From positions 416,001-480,000 of the forward strand of contig JAHQJS010000007.1 of assembly GCA_019057385.1 (NCBI GenBank): a stretch of DNA of 64,000 nt, written 5' to 3'. Made by a program: the position numbers and the translations under genes. The notes beneath the pieces were generated by a model that did not search any database, was not told where the DNA came from, and worked only from the letters and a program-made list of their open reading frames with translations. Below, in pieces: positions 1 through 10,624 of the stretch; the first letter of the stretch is position 1, and each line of letters starts with the position of its first letter. The DNA is from Candidatus Borrarchaeum weybense. GTDB lineage: Archaea > Asgardarchaeota > Sifarchaeia > Borrarchaeales > Borrarchaeaceae.

Positions 1-213
1 AAGAAATGTCAAAGGTATTTGAGGAATGAATCGAGCGGGATAAGAATGAAATTTATGGGTGAGATATTGTGTAGTAAAATCCTTAAAGTCCCACTCTATT
101 TTATCCAGAATTTCTAATGATTCTGAACGACCATATTTTCTGTTAATTAGGTCTAAATACCCTTCGCAAGGTGTTTTTTTACCAAACATTGTCTGCCTGT
201 CTAGTGTCATCAT
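1..213 (-). CDS. N-terminal part of a site-specific DNA methyltransferase (N4-C/N6-A type), runs off the window start
   Basis: Not in the ORF track. Manual translation from ATG at 213: MMTLDRQTMFGKK...DKIEWDFKDFTTQYLTHKFHSYPARFIPQIPLTFL. The THxFHxYPARFIPQIP motif is typical of amino-methyltransferases. Confidence 0.75.
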   Translation of the reverse strand, partial: MMTLDRQTMFGKKTPCEGYLDLINRKYGRSESLEILDKIEWDFKDFTTQYLTHKFHSYPARFIPQIPLTFL

Positions 214-440
214 TATTCACGTACTTGCTATATATTCTATGTTATAAGAAATAATCATTATTAATACAACTGTACAAGAAGTCTACCGATGTATTCAATG
301 ATTTTAGCTTATAATTTTGACTCTCTGTTTTTTAGAAACGAGATTATTTTAGCTCTCAAATAAACTGGGTTATATGAAAGAAAAAATAGAAACAAATTTC
401 CCTTCGATTCCCTTTAATACAAAAGATTTTAGGCGAGACT

Positions 441-2021
441 TCATTTTATCTCTTCCCATAATGCCCTGCGGAGTACCTTACCTACACCTGTCATTGGGAG
501 GTTGTCTCGAAATTCGATGATTTTGGGCACTTTAAAGTATGCTATTCTTTCTTTGCAGAATATTACAATTTCATTGTCAGTAGTGCTCTGTCCTTCTTTT
601 AGTACAATATAGGCTTTAACCGTTTCTCCTCTGTATTCATCAGGAACGCCAATAACTGCTGCTGATTTTACTTTTGGATGCTCGTATAACACTTCTTCTA
701 CATCTCTGGGGTATACCTTGTAACCAGCAACATTGATCATGTCCTTCTTCCTGCCTACAATTGCAAAGTATCCTTCTTTATCCATGGTCGCAATATCGCC
801 CGTATGAAGTTCGCCGTTTACTATTGCGTTTTTTGTTTCTTCCGGTTTTTTCCAATAGCCTTTCATTACCATAGGACCGCTAACCAACAATTCTCCTCTC
901 TCACCGACAGGTACATCATTTCCATTTTCGTCGGCAATTCTTGCAAAACAGTCAATAACTGGAATGCCTATTAAACCACCCTTTTTTCGTGCAACTGGGC
1001 TGGTATGAGTAACCGGAGCAGCCTCTGTGAGGCCGTAGCCTTCCAGAAGATTACATCCCGTCTTCTCAGAAAACTCTTTCATCAATTGAACGGGAAGAGG
1101 CGCACCACCAGAAAGCATAAAGCGAACTGAACTCAGATCATATTTTTCGAGTTCTGGATAGTTAAGGAGCGCAATGTACATTGTTGGCACACCCGGCATG
1201 AAAGTAAGTTTATAGTTGGAAATCGCCTCAAGCACCTGTCTGGGATGAAATTTCGGTATTAAAACTATTGTTCCTGCGCTGGAAAGTGATGCAGTCATAG
1301 CTACTGTGAAGCCGAAGATGTGGGTGAGAGGGAGGACAGCTATCGTGCGCACCTTCCCCTCTTCAAAATTGAACCACTTGGCGGTCACTAGGGCATTCGA
1401 CACGAGGTTTAAATTTGTGAGAAGGACACCTTTCGGTATACCGGTCGTCCCTCCTGTATATGCTAAAACGGCAATATCTTCTGCTTTGATATCAACTTTT
1501 GGAGGTTCTTCCTGTGTTGTAGCAAGCAACTCGTAAAAATTAAAGGTGTTTGGAACAGGTTCTTTTCCAATGACAACTATATTTTTTAGAGACGTTTCCT
1601 CTAGAATATTCTTCACAATAGGATATAGTCCATCCAAGACAACTATGGTTTCAGCTTCCGAATCCTTAAGCAAAAACTTTATTTCTTTTTCTCGATATGC
1701 CACATTACAGGGAATAGCTATTGCGCCAATCATGTTCACGGCAAAGAAACTGATGAGATAAGCGGGAAGATTAGGAAGATATAGCGCAACCCTGTCCGCG
1801 TATTTCACTCCAAGAGTATGGAAAACTGTAGCAAACTTCTTAATTTGTGTATAAAATTGGTCGTAACTTATGCTTTCATCTTGGAAGATGTATGCCGTAT
1901 TATTAGGAAATGCCTCTGCAGCGTCTTTCACCAATTGATAAAGTGGAATTTTTGGATATTCTAAAGTTAGAGGAACGTTAGTAGGCCAATATGCAATCCA
2001 TGGTTTTGTTGGCATTTTCAA
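441..2021 (-). CDS. Long-chain fatty acid--CoA ligase (AMP-binding superfamily)
   Basis: YTGGTTGIPKG, GYGLTE, TGD and C-terminal GKV motifs; full length, 526 aa. Confidence 0.93.
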   Translation of the reverse strand: MKMPTKPWIAYWPTNVPLTLEYPKIPLYQLVKDAAEAFPNNTAYIFQDESISYDQFYTQIKKFATVFHTLGVKYADRVALYLPNLPAYLISFFAVNMIGAIAIPCNVAYREKEIKFLLKDSEAETIVVLDGLYPIVKNILEETSLKNIVVIGKEPVPNTFNFYELLATTQEEPPKVDIKAEDIAVLAYTGGTTGIPKGVLLTNLNLVSNALVTAKWFNFEEGKVRTIAVLPLTHIFGFTVAMTASLSSAGTIVLIPKFHPRQVLEAISNYKLTFMPGVPTMYIALLNYPELEKYDLSSVRFMLSGGAPLPVQLMKEFSEKTGCNLLEGYGLTEAAPVTHTSPVARKKGGLIGIPVIDCFARIADENGNDVPVGERGELLVSGPMVMKGYWKKPEETKNAIVNGELHTGDIATMDKEGYFAIVGRKKDMINVAGYKVYPRDVEEVLYEHPKVKSAAVIGVPDEYRGETVKAYIVLKEGQSTTDNEIVIFCKERIAYFKVPKIIEFRDNLPMTGVGKVLRRALWEEIK

Positions 2022-2118
2022 TTCATCTGACTATATTTGTAGTATGCTTGTTTATGAGAAGTATATTTAAATTTAATCTAATATCAGTAGTCTTAGATCA
2101 AAAGTCACGTTAAGGAAA

Positions 2119-2162
2119 ATTCTACCTGAAAATAGGTTTTTCCAAAGTGTTTCAGGTAGAAT
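2119..2162. repeat. 13-bp perfect inverted repeat in a divergent intergenic region
   Basis: ATTCTACCTGAAA (2119-2131) and TTTCAGGTAGAAT (2150-2162) with an 18-nt loop; function unknown. Confidence 0.5.
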
Positions 2163-2316
2163 AAGCTGAAGAAACGATGATTGTCACCAAAGATGGACCT
2201 GAAATTAAAAAACGCTTTAGTTTATCACGTAGTTCAGAGAATCGCGATTTCTATAATGAGTACCAAAGATGCAAATGAGGTCAAATTAAAAAACTAATAG
2301 AAAAGGTCTAAAACTT

Positions 2317-3756
2317 ATGACCAAAATGCAATCACTTTTTTCTCTAACTAGAGATTTAAGGACACGTCTTTTTATCAGCGTCTTAATTGTGTATGTCTAC
2401 TTTATTAACGGCTTTAAGTCTATCAACGAAGGCTCGCATCTTGCTTTAACTATGGCGATCGTGGAAGAACGTTCGTTTAGAATTAACAAATATATGTTTT
2501 GGACGGGATGGGCAGACTATAGCGAGTATCCTCCAGGAAGTAGAAATTATTATTCAGATAAAGCACCCGGATTGAGTTTTTTGGGAATTCCTTTCTATCT
2601 TCTAGGCAAGTTCGTTGCGTATAGTATATTCGGAAAATATGAGTTTGTATTTATTAGAGGGACGTTAGCAAGCTTCATGGTTTTATGCAGCAGTATACTT
2701 ACTGCACTTAGCGTTGTGGTAATCTTTGAACTCTGTAAATTATTTGAAATCAGTGAAAAAACGAGCCTTCTCACAGCATTATCATATGCCTTTGGTACAA
2801 TAGCTTTTGTCTATGGAGTAACTTTTTTCGCGCATGGAACTTCTGCATTTTTACTAGTTTCTGCTGCATATCTCACAGTTCATTATTTTAAAAATGAAAG
2901 GAAAGATAATACAAAAGTATTTCTTGCTGGCCTCGCTTTAGGATATTCTGTTTGTGTAGAATACCAGAATATACTTGCACTACCTCCATTTCTCTTGTTT
3001 TATTTGTATAAACGAGAATTTAAGAACTTGATATTATTTCTATTTCCTTACTTGGCTTGTTTAGGAACATTAGCGTGGTATCACAATACCATATTCGGTA
3101 GTCCTTTCGCAACTCCTTATATGTATCAAGGCTTTTCTGGGGAAGTCCAAAGTGTTCATGCATTTTCATATCCCCTTCATCTTGGTTTGTGGGGTTTGCT
3201 GTTTGGCACCTCTCATGGCTTATTTTATCTTTCGCCTTTTCTTCTATTTGCAATATATGGCTTTGTATTGTTTTTTAGACGTTATCCAAATGAAGCTATT
3301 TGGTTTAGTTCAACATTTTTACTTATGTTGCTTTTGTTCTCTATACATATTGGTTGGTCTGGAGGCGGCGCTTATGGTCCAAGGTATTTATTGAGTGTCA
3401 TTCCTTTCCTTGTCATTCCTGTCGGAATACTTTTAGATACGCCTTCCATTGCGAAAAATCGCAAGTTTCAAATAATTTTCTTCAGTACTTTAGCTTACAG
3501 TATGTTTGCCATAGCAACTGGCGCTGTTACCAACCCAACTCCTCCTATGTGGCCTCAAAATCCGTTTTTAGAGTACAATCTTCCTCTTTTGATCGAAGGG
3601 AACTTAAATAGTTTATTTTTTAAATATTTTTCTCCATATACAGTTATTTTAGTACCATTATTGCTTCTCATCATTAATCTGCGACAATTTCATATACTTA
3701 AATTAAGAAATAGATTGCTTGACACAATTAACGCTTTTAGAAAGGCTCTACCATAA
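2317..3756 (+). CDS. Multi-pass membrane glycosyltransferase, GT-C fold (PMT/ArnT-like)
   Basis: Many TM segments, YSDKAPG loop and GxxGGAYGPRYL motif. Confidence 0.72.
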   Translation: MTKMQSLFSLTRDLRTRLFISVLIVYVYFINGFKSINEGSHLALTMAIVEERSFRINKYMFWTGWADYSEYPPGSRNYYSDKAPGLSFLGIPFYLLGKFVAYSIFGKYEFVFIRGTLASFMVLCSSILTALSVVVIFELCKLFEISEKTSLLTALSYAFGTIAFVYGVTFFAHGTSAFLLVSAAYLTVHYFKNERKDNTKVFLAGLALGYSVCVEYQNILALPPFLLFYLYKREFKNLILFLFPYLACLGTLAWYHNTIFGSPFATPYMYQGFSGEVQSVHAFSYPLHLGLWGLLFGTSHGLFYLSPFLLFAIYGFVLFFRRYPNEAIWFSSTFLLMLLLFSIHIGWSGGGAYGPRYLLSVIPFLVIPVGILLDTPSIAKNRKFQIIFFSTLAYSMFAIATGAVTNPTPPMWPQNPFLEYNLPLLIEGNLNSLFFKYFSPYTVILVPLLLLIINLRQFHILKLRNRLLDTINAFRKALP

Positions 3757-3858
3757 CATGGTTTCATTAAGCTTTTTTCTGAAAAAACAAAAGTAATGTC
3801 AGTTTATTTACTGATATTTATCTGCCCACAATTTCTATAAGGTTGGGAGGTTCTACAC

Positions 3859-4010
3859 TTGCTAGATGACATAGACCAAAAAATTATTGATCTCTTAAAA
3901 AAAGACTCCCGTACTTCCTTTGTAAAAATTGCTGATGAAGTCGGACTTTCAGAAACTGCAATTAGAAAGAGAATTAAAAACCTGCAAGAATCAAAAACCA
4001 TTAGATTATT
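3859..4010 (+). pseudogene. Truncated Lrp/AsnC-family regulator (HTH only)
   Basis: LDDIDQKIIDLLKKDSRTSFVKIADEVGLSETAIRKRIKNL is an AsnC-type HTH. After 4010 the frame runs into antisense ligase sequence, so the effector-binding domain is missing. Confidence 0.8.
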
Positions 4011-4298
4011 AATCATGTTCACGGCAAAGAAACTAATAAGATAGCCTTCGTGATTTGGAAGATATAGCGCAACCTTGTCCGTGAATTTCACTCCGAAAGT
4101 ATGGAGTGTTGTCGCAAATTTCTTAATTTGTGCATATAATTGGTCGTAACTTGTGCTTTTATTTTGGAAGATGTATGCCGTATTATTAGGAAACGCCTCT
4201 GCAGCGTCTTTCACCAATTGATAAAGTGGAACTTTTGGATAATTTAAGGTTAGTGGGACATTGGCTGCCCAATATTCTATCCATGGTTTTGTTGTCAT
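4011..4298 (-). pseudogene. 5' fragment (~96 codons) of a second fatty acid--CoA ligase paralogue
   Basis: Close paralogue of the N-terminus of 441..2021 (KPWI.YW..NVPLTL.YPK.PLYQLVKDAAEAFPNNTAYIFQ). DNA similarity stops abruptly at 4011. Confidence 0.85.
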
Positions 4299-4473
4299 TT
4301 ATTAACCTCTTAACTAACCTATGCAGAACTACATGTTTTAGGGAATTATATTTAAATTTTGATTAAAGATCATTTGATTGCGATGTATAATTATAAACTT
4401 TACCTAGAGGTACATCAAAATCCAATAATTACTTGAGAATTGATGGGGCGATTAAACCTAAGGACGTAGTACG

Positions 4474-5001
4474 ATGACATTCGGAGTAATACGCTTTTTT
4501 AAAAGAAATAAAAATGATCTTAAAATGCTAAAGACTTTTTATAACTCTTTAGAGGAAGAAAAAACAACATTTTTATCATCCTGGAACACAATCACGAGCG
4601 CTAAATTCATGTTAATAAGTGAATATGAAGGAAACATTGTCGCTATTTCTGGTGTAACTCACAAAGATAATAGTTTTAGTTGTGTAAAAAAACAATATCA
4701 GGGACGTGGAATTGGAAAAAGTTTGGCTGCAAGGAAACTTAAGTACTGCAAGAAAATTGGAGTTAAAAAGATTAGAGCTGCAAGTTTCAATCCAATTTCT
4801 CAACACCTAGCGGAAAAAACCGGATATAAGGAACTTTTGCGTATAGATAAAACCGTGTATTATGAACTTCCTCTTTTGAAAGTTTCAAAAATAACATTAC
4901 CTATACGGCGTATTGGATATTTGCTATTTGGCTTTTGGATGAATCTTAGGTTAGCAGTAGCGAAAAAAACATTTAAAGGAATCGATTTTTTAAAAGGGTA
5001 G
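4474..5001 (+). CDS. GNAT-family N-acetyltransferase
   Basis: VKKQYQGRGIGKSL acetyl-CoA motif and NxxSxxLxEKxGY. Confidence 0.8.
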   Translation: MTFGVIRFFKRNKNDLKMLKTFYNSLEEEKTTFLSSWNTITSAKFMLISEYEGNIVAISGVTHKDNSFSCVKKQYQGRGIGKSLAARKLKYCKKIGVKKIRAASFNPISQHLAEKTGYKELLRIDKTVYYELPLLKVSKITLPIRRIGYLLFGFWMNLRLAVAKKTFKGIDFLKG

Positions 5002-5045
5002 CCATTGAAACAATATTCTGAAAATACTTTTTCCAATAGTTCTAG

Positions 5046-6542
5046 CTAGTTTTCTCTAAGATATTTAATCGTAAGCTTATATTTGTGATTTCTATTTGGT
5101 GTATTCACTCGAAAGTCTCCATTAATATTACGGATTTTACAATGATATCGGAAATTCCACCATCGCGCAATTTCCTTCGGCAAGGTAACCCAAGCATCTT
5201 CTTTTTTGGAAAGATATGCTAAATACTCACTATACACTTCATACCCTTCTTTATTTCCAGAAAAATGATTGTCTGGGTGCGTGTTTAAACTAGTTAGGCC
5301 ACCTACCTTCTCTATCCAGTCTGTTTTTCTTTTCCAAATTTTAAGAATCTGAGTTCGCGGTGTCTTGAGAAAACGAAAAAGCGCATCCTGCGGAATCGTT
5401 AAGGGTAATGTGATAAGCCCATTGGAAAAATATGGAAAAATAGAGCAGGATCCATTTCTAGGGGCAGTTTGTGATAATATTTCCGTGTCAGGGATGGACA
5501 TATCATAGTCAACATATTTTGCTACGATCTTCATTAATTTTGTACTTCTTAAATGACTCGGAGACCTAAATCCTTCAATTCTTACCGAAGGAATGAAGTT
5601 TTTAAAACGGCTTATCCCGTAGCTGATTCTTCTATCGATCTCTTTGGGCTTTAAGAAGGCTAATTTACCATCGTGATTATAGCCATGAAGACAAATTTCA
5701 TGTCCTCTCCTAAGAATCCATTCTAGAAAAGTAGGGGTTAACCGATAGCCCTTCGATAAAAAATACCACGAAGATTTCATTCCGAAGGCTCTTTCAAGTT
5801 TAGAGAGAAAAGATACATTTTTCACACCCGAGTAAGTATCAACATCATGTACTAGACAGGCGGCAAATTTCCGTTTAAAAGGCCAGAAATCCAGATAAGC
5901 TAGTTCTTTCTCAGTAACTAATTGAATACACTTTAGAAATAAATAGCGGATTAATTCAACATGTTGAACTATAGGCCATGGAGGAAACTTAATAGCGGAA
6001 TGACGTCTTTGTAGGAGGCCTGGAATTCTTATCCTTATGAAGGCCGGTAAAAGATGATACCTAAAAGGGATCTTGGCATACAGCGGAATTTTTGGAATAA
6101 AGTAATTTTCATACAAGTGATAATTTACTAGAAATTCCGGATCAATATTGAAAAGAATATTATTTTCTTTATCCCGAAGAATAAATGGGATCTTAGATCC
6201 CTCTTCATTGTACAAATAACACAATATCTCATCATCCCAATAATTTTCGAATGACGCAAAAGTGGGCAGCATTACAGAGCTTTCCCTAGGATTTGACCAG
6301 GATGGAACTAACTCTTTTTCCAATTTTATAAAGAATATTTGACTTCCTGGCTCGATCTTGTGTTCAACCGTGGGAAAAGGGTTGACGAAAATTGCTGGAG
6401 AGTTTTTATATTTTTTCAGGTTTTTCTTGTTTTGAATAACAATGTTACAAAGGTGTTCCATCGGTATTTTCCAAAACTCTACTAAAGATTTGCACGCTTC
6501 AATTACTTTCATTTTCTCAAACTGAAGATCCATTATTTTCAA
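5046..6542 (-). CDS. Polysaccharide deacetylase (NodB/CE4) domain protein
   Basis: HDVD, HEICLHGYNH, GFRSP and NTHPD motifs. Confidence 0.8.
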   Translation of the reverse strand: MKIMDLQFEKMKVIEACKSLVEFWKIPMEHLCNIVIQNKKNLKKYKNSPAIFVNPFPTVEHKIEPGSQIFFIKLEKELVPSWSNPRESSVMLPTFASFENYWDDEILCYLYNEEGSKIPFILRDKENNILFNIDPEFLVNYHLYENYFIPKIPLYAKIPFRYHLLPAFIRIRIPGLLQRRHSAIKFPPWPIVQHVELIRYLFLKCIQLVTEKELAYLDFWPFKRKFAACLVHDVDTYSGVKNVSFLSKLERAFGMKSSWYFLSKGYRLTPTFLEWILRRGHEICLHGYNHDGKLAFLKPKEIDRRISYGISRFKNFIPSVRIEGFRSPSHLRSTKLMKIVAKYVDYDMSIPDTEILSQTAPRNGSCSIFPYFSNGLITLPLTIPQDALFRFLKTPRTQILKIWKRKTDWIEKVGGLTSLNTHPDNHFSGNKEGYEVYSEYLAYLSKKEDAWVTLPKEIARWWNFRYHCKIRNINGDFRVNTPNRNHKYKLTIKYLREN

Positions 6543-6878
6543 CCAGTTTCATTGAATACAAAGTTACTTTTTCGGTTTCGATTTCAGAAAATCTCTTTAT
6601 ATAAATATTGTAGATCCTTTATTAGATGAGGAGTGTCATATGAATAATTCTGGACAGTAGACACAGGTTTTCCCCAAAAGAAGTTCATGGAATCCTGAAA
6701 CTGATAAATAATAGAATCTATAAGGAGTCAAAAAGAGACCTTAAAACAAGCCAATCCAGATTATTAGACTCAACGACACTAAACAAATGACGTCTTCGCG
6801 AACTGCGAAATGAAACGAACCCGCAAAGTAGTTCCTAAGTTCCTCCTCGAAGAAGTCGCCATCTTATTTGTGTCTATA

Positions 6879-7586
6879 TTATTTATGAAACTTTAGCTTG
6901 AATAATTCAATAAAATTTTTCAAAATCGATCTAACTATGTATAATGGATGCCTTGCAATTTCTTCCTCGATATGATTGAGTGGAATCTCATAAAATTTTA
7001 AAGACTTCGCGTTTAATAAACAAACTAATTCGACTTCTATAAAGGGTCCTTTTGCTGTTGTAAGTTTAACCAGTTTTTTTCCTACAGGCGTTCTAAATGC
7101 CTTTAGACAATTTACATCATTATAATGCATGTCAAAAAGAGTATTCACGAATTTTGTGTGGACTCTAGAAATCAAATTGCGAATGGAAGGGCGGCTAACT
7201 TTACTTTTTTGATGATATCGTACACCAAGAATGACTGTAAATTTATTGAGAAGTCTATAGGCGCGTTCAATAAAATTGAGACTAAAGGCAAGATCTACAG
7301 GATGAACAGTGACCATATCATAGTTAGCTCGAAGTATTCCGTAGCGATAGGCTTCTCCATAGGATGGAGTCGGCAAAAAGAACGCTTTTAAGTTCGGATA
7401 TTCAGTTTCTAATTCTTTTGCTATGACTGCAGTTCTATCAGTACTTCCATTTTCAACTAATATGATTTCAAAATTACACCCAAGTAATTTCGCAAGATAT
7501 TCATGAATTGTTTTAATATTTAAACGAAGATTGTTCTCCTCATTATGCGCAGGGATAACAATACTTACATTTTGTATCTTATACAT
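6879..7586 (-). CDS. GT2 glycosyltransferase (dolichol-phosphate sugar synthase-like)
   Basis: SIVIPAHNEE and ENGSTDRT; the DxD motif is degenerate (PVD). Confidence 0.82.
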   Translation of the reverse strand: MYKIQNVSIVIPAHNEENNLRLNIKTIHEYLAKLLGCNFEIILVENGSTDRTAVIAKELETEYPNLKAFFLPTPSYGEAYRYGILRANYDMVTVHPVDLAFSLNFIERAYRLLNKFTVILGVRYHQKSKVSRPSIRNLISRVHTKFVNTLFDMHYNDVNCLKAFRTPVGKKLVKLTTAKGPFIEVELVCLLNAKSLKFYEIPLNHIEEEIARHPLYIVRSILKNFIELFKLKFHK

Positions 7587-7700
7587 TAGCAGTGCCCTAG
7601 CCTAATGAAATTTGGATTGGTTTTAGTAAGTTAATTACATATAAATTTAATTATCTATTGGCTTAAGTTCTATGCAATCCTGCTAGGTGTAATGTCTATA

Positions 7701-7829
7701 TTATTCCCCCAAACTGACCGTCTTTTTCTCTGTTATGGAAGTATATGCTGCTTCAATAATCCTGATAACTTGTAAGCCAATGTTTCCATTAGTCATCGGC
7801 TGCTTTCTTTTTTCGACGCATTCTAAGAA
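7701..7829 (-). pseudogene. C-terminal remnant of a Gfo/Idh/MocA oxidoreductase
   Basis: Manual translation FLECVEKRKQPMTNGNIGLQVIRIIEAAYTSITEKKTVSLGE*, with no in-frame start. Resembles the C-terminus of 51492..52475 (FIKCVRENKTPIVNGIEGLKNL). Confidence 0.65.
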
Positions 7830-7863
7830 ATTGGGAGAAACTTTACACTATATGATCTAAAGC

Positions 7864-8250
7864 TCACCCTTCAAGTATTTTTTTGCCATATGCAACAAAT
7901 ATACTGACATTGGCATATTCATCTCCACAGCAGGACGGAGAACAGCAGTTTTCACCTACACAATCAACCATCACGTTTTTGAGCCCTGCTTCATCAAACC
8001 AACGTTTGACATCATCTCTCTTGAACCCCATCCAGCGATCATAGTGTTCTTTTTTCAGGAATTCGAAATTATGGGCATCTAGATCTGTGATTACTAACAT
8101 GCCACTAGGCTTTAAGATTCTCACTAATTCCTTAATTACAACTGATGGGCGCTCTACATGGTGCAGAAACATATTTGCAAACGCATAGTCAACAATTTCA
8201 GCTTCAATAGGAAGTTTTTCAGCATCTCCTCTGCAATAAGCAATTTTTTC
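7864..8250 (-). pseudogene. 5'-truncated copy of the SAM-dependent methyltransferase at 10625..11254
   Basis: Aligns to the C-terminal ~125 aa of 10625..11254 (ANMFLHHVE, DRWMGFKR, CVGENCC..SCCGDEY) and lacks SAM-binding motif I. Confidence 0.8.
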
Positions 8251-8362
8251 CTTTAATAAATAATAAGCCAAACAAAATACCTAAATACCAATTTATTTTG
8301 TCCAAAGATCTTAACATCATACAAAATACCTGTGATTTGAATATGAATTATAAGATAAATAA

Positions 8363-8896
8363 TTATAAGTCGTGTTCCCAAAGGCGTGGTACAATCTTTC
8401 GAAGAAAGTATTTATCGCCAAATAAAAAGATAAGCGCTATGAACCATTGATCTAAAAAGTTTAAGGATGGCCAAAAAATATCATTTATTAATATGCTGCA
8501 AAGTGTCAGAAACGTTACAAGAGCAAATCTGTAGGTAAAAAAAGAGGGTTCTTTCAGTAGTAAAGAAGGAAAGTCTTTCCACATCGCCTTATTATTGGTA
8601 TTTGGTGTTTCTGTGAATAAGTTTCGCAGGAAGGATATAACTGAAACTATTAGAAATAAACAGCCTGCTATATCTAAACTTAGAGCATATGTAGCAATTG
8701 TAGGTGGTTGACCACTAAGTGCATGCAGCCAAACTTCAGTCCAAATACCCAGAAAGGTGGTATTTAGATCCAAATCTAAAGAAAACATATATTTGAAAAA
8801 AATAGAAGGGATTAAAAACACTGTAGGAAGAGAAAGAAGAATCACGAGAAGCGAAAGTCCTTTAGCTAGATAGTCTTCTTTTATCACAAGTTTCAA
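8363..8896 (-). CDS. Hypothetical membrane protein
   Basis: About 4 hydrophobic segments; 4-nt overlap with the upstream gene. Confidence 0.55.
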   Translation of the reverse strand: MKLVIKEDYLAKGLSLLVILLSLPTVFLIPSIFFKYMFSLDLDLNTTFLGIWTEVWLHALSGQPPTIATYALSLDIAGCLFLIVSVISFLRNLFTETPNTNNKAMWKDFPSLLLKEPSFFTYRFALVTFLTLCSILINDIFWPSLNFLDQWFIALIFLFGDKYFLRKIVPRLWEHDL

Positions 8897-10461
8897 GCTC
8901 CTATGTATAAATATATAGCTGTATACGAATTTTTAGGATAAATTCTAGGTGCTCTGTGAAATTCTTCGAGCAGTTGACAGTCTTCTTCTAAAATATAATG
9001 CCATTTTATTACAGTATAAGTAACTAATATCGTTTTTTCGGTGGCTACTAAGTCATTTACAAGAGACTCAAAATGGGGTGCATCAATGATCTCATATTCA
9101 GGTGCAAGGAATTCGAAGTGCATTCTCTCTTCTCTGACTATTACAACAACATCTTCTGGAGAATAGTTTGTCTGCACATACTCAACCACTTGAGTAAATG
9201 GAGAAGGAATAGTATGCAGACCATTCACGCTATAGGCGGACTGTACAAACATAGAAATAAGTAAAGGTGAGACTAAAAGGTCTTTTAAAAAAATTCCTCT
9301 TTTCTTAAATCGAGTTGATAGATACTCAAATGGTGTTTTCATTCCCCAAATATACATCAAGAAAAAAGGAACCACGATAGGTAACAGATACCGTGAATAT
9401 ACTGTTGTTATCAAATGAGGAAATACCCAAGCAAAGAATGAGATAAACCAAAGTAATAAAAACTGATTTCTTCTATCAGATATATCACTTTTTAATAGAT
9501 AAAAAAGAAATCCAAGCAGAATAATCGGAAGAGGCAGTATTTTATAAATATCTCCCCAATATCCTAACCCAAAACTATCTCGAAATAACGCATTGTATAT
9601 AGCCCTGTTTTTCTGAATTATTTCAGTCATTGTAGCTCGTTGATCAGGAAAAATGCCATGAGTACGTAATTGTCTTTCATATGATCCGACAAGATTAGAA
9701 TAATACCTAGTCCAACCGCCCGAAAAATACACCGTAGGTAGAAGCCAAAATAGAACAGTAACGCCAAAAATAACCATTACCTTTAAGAATACAATTAATT
9801 CTTTTCTCCAAATCTTGGATCCCTCATTTCCGTCATAATAAATACGTGCTAATGCGATGAAGGGAATTAAAATTCCGATAGCAATATCAGTAGGTCGAAT
9901 TCCCAAATGTAATGCAAAAGCAAATGAACCAAGATAAAATTTCTTTTTGTCATGTATTCCAAGATATAGCCAATAGCTCGCTGTCGACAAGAAAAACACA
10001 TTGCATACATCACTTAAGTCTACAACACTATGAATCTAAACAAGGGGACTTACAATAAAAAGGATTGATGAAAGAGTCGCTAAGTCTTTCCTATCAAAGA
10101 ATTTAATTGTAAGTCGATAAATTGGCAGAATTGTAAGTGTACTTGTGATGGCACTTACCATTGTTAAAGAAAAAATATGGTTTCTTGTAGGTAAATATAT
10201 TAACCATGCAAGAAAAACAAATACGATATACCCAGGCAAGTGAGGACGACCATATGTTGGTCCATAGTCATTTAAAGCCTTGGCAAAGTTTATGGTATCC
10301 CATTCATCTAGAGAAATTGACAAAAATAAGACTCTGCTAATAAAGCAAATTGTTATCAGAATTAATTCTTCAACTGTGATGTATTTTAGCAATTGAGTAT
10401 ACACTTTGTGAAAGAAATTCTGAAGGACTAATTTGTTCTTAGCAAGTTTTATATGATCCAC
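8893..10461 (-). pseudogene. GT-C-like membrane glycosyltransferase interrupted by one in-frame TAG (10036-10038)
   Basis: ORFs 10036..10461 and 8893..9999 are in the same frame: ...SPLV*IHSVVDLSDVCNVFF... Motifs include DEWD..NFA..L, PHLPGY, GIRP and RYLLP. Confidence 0.75.
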
Positions 10462-10624
10462 TCATTCCACCATGAGTATCAAAATGTAGAGACATTATTC
10501 GTGTTGTTTTATAAAAATATATCTTAATATTCTAAATAAACATTAAAACTAGTAAATCCGCACTTTTTGACTGATTCATTAGAAAAATTGGTTATTAGCA
10601 TTTAATAAGAAATGTATTATTTTC

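Noticed and set aside
59-247. 62-aa plus-strand ORF
   Set aside because: Shadow of the minus-strand DNA methyltransferase frame.
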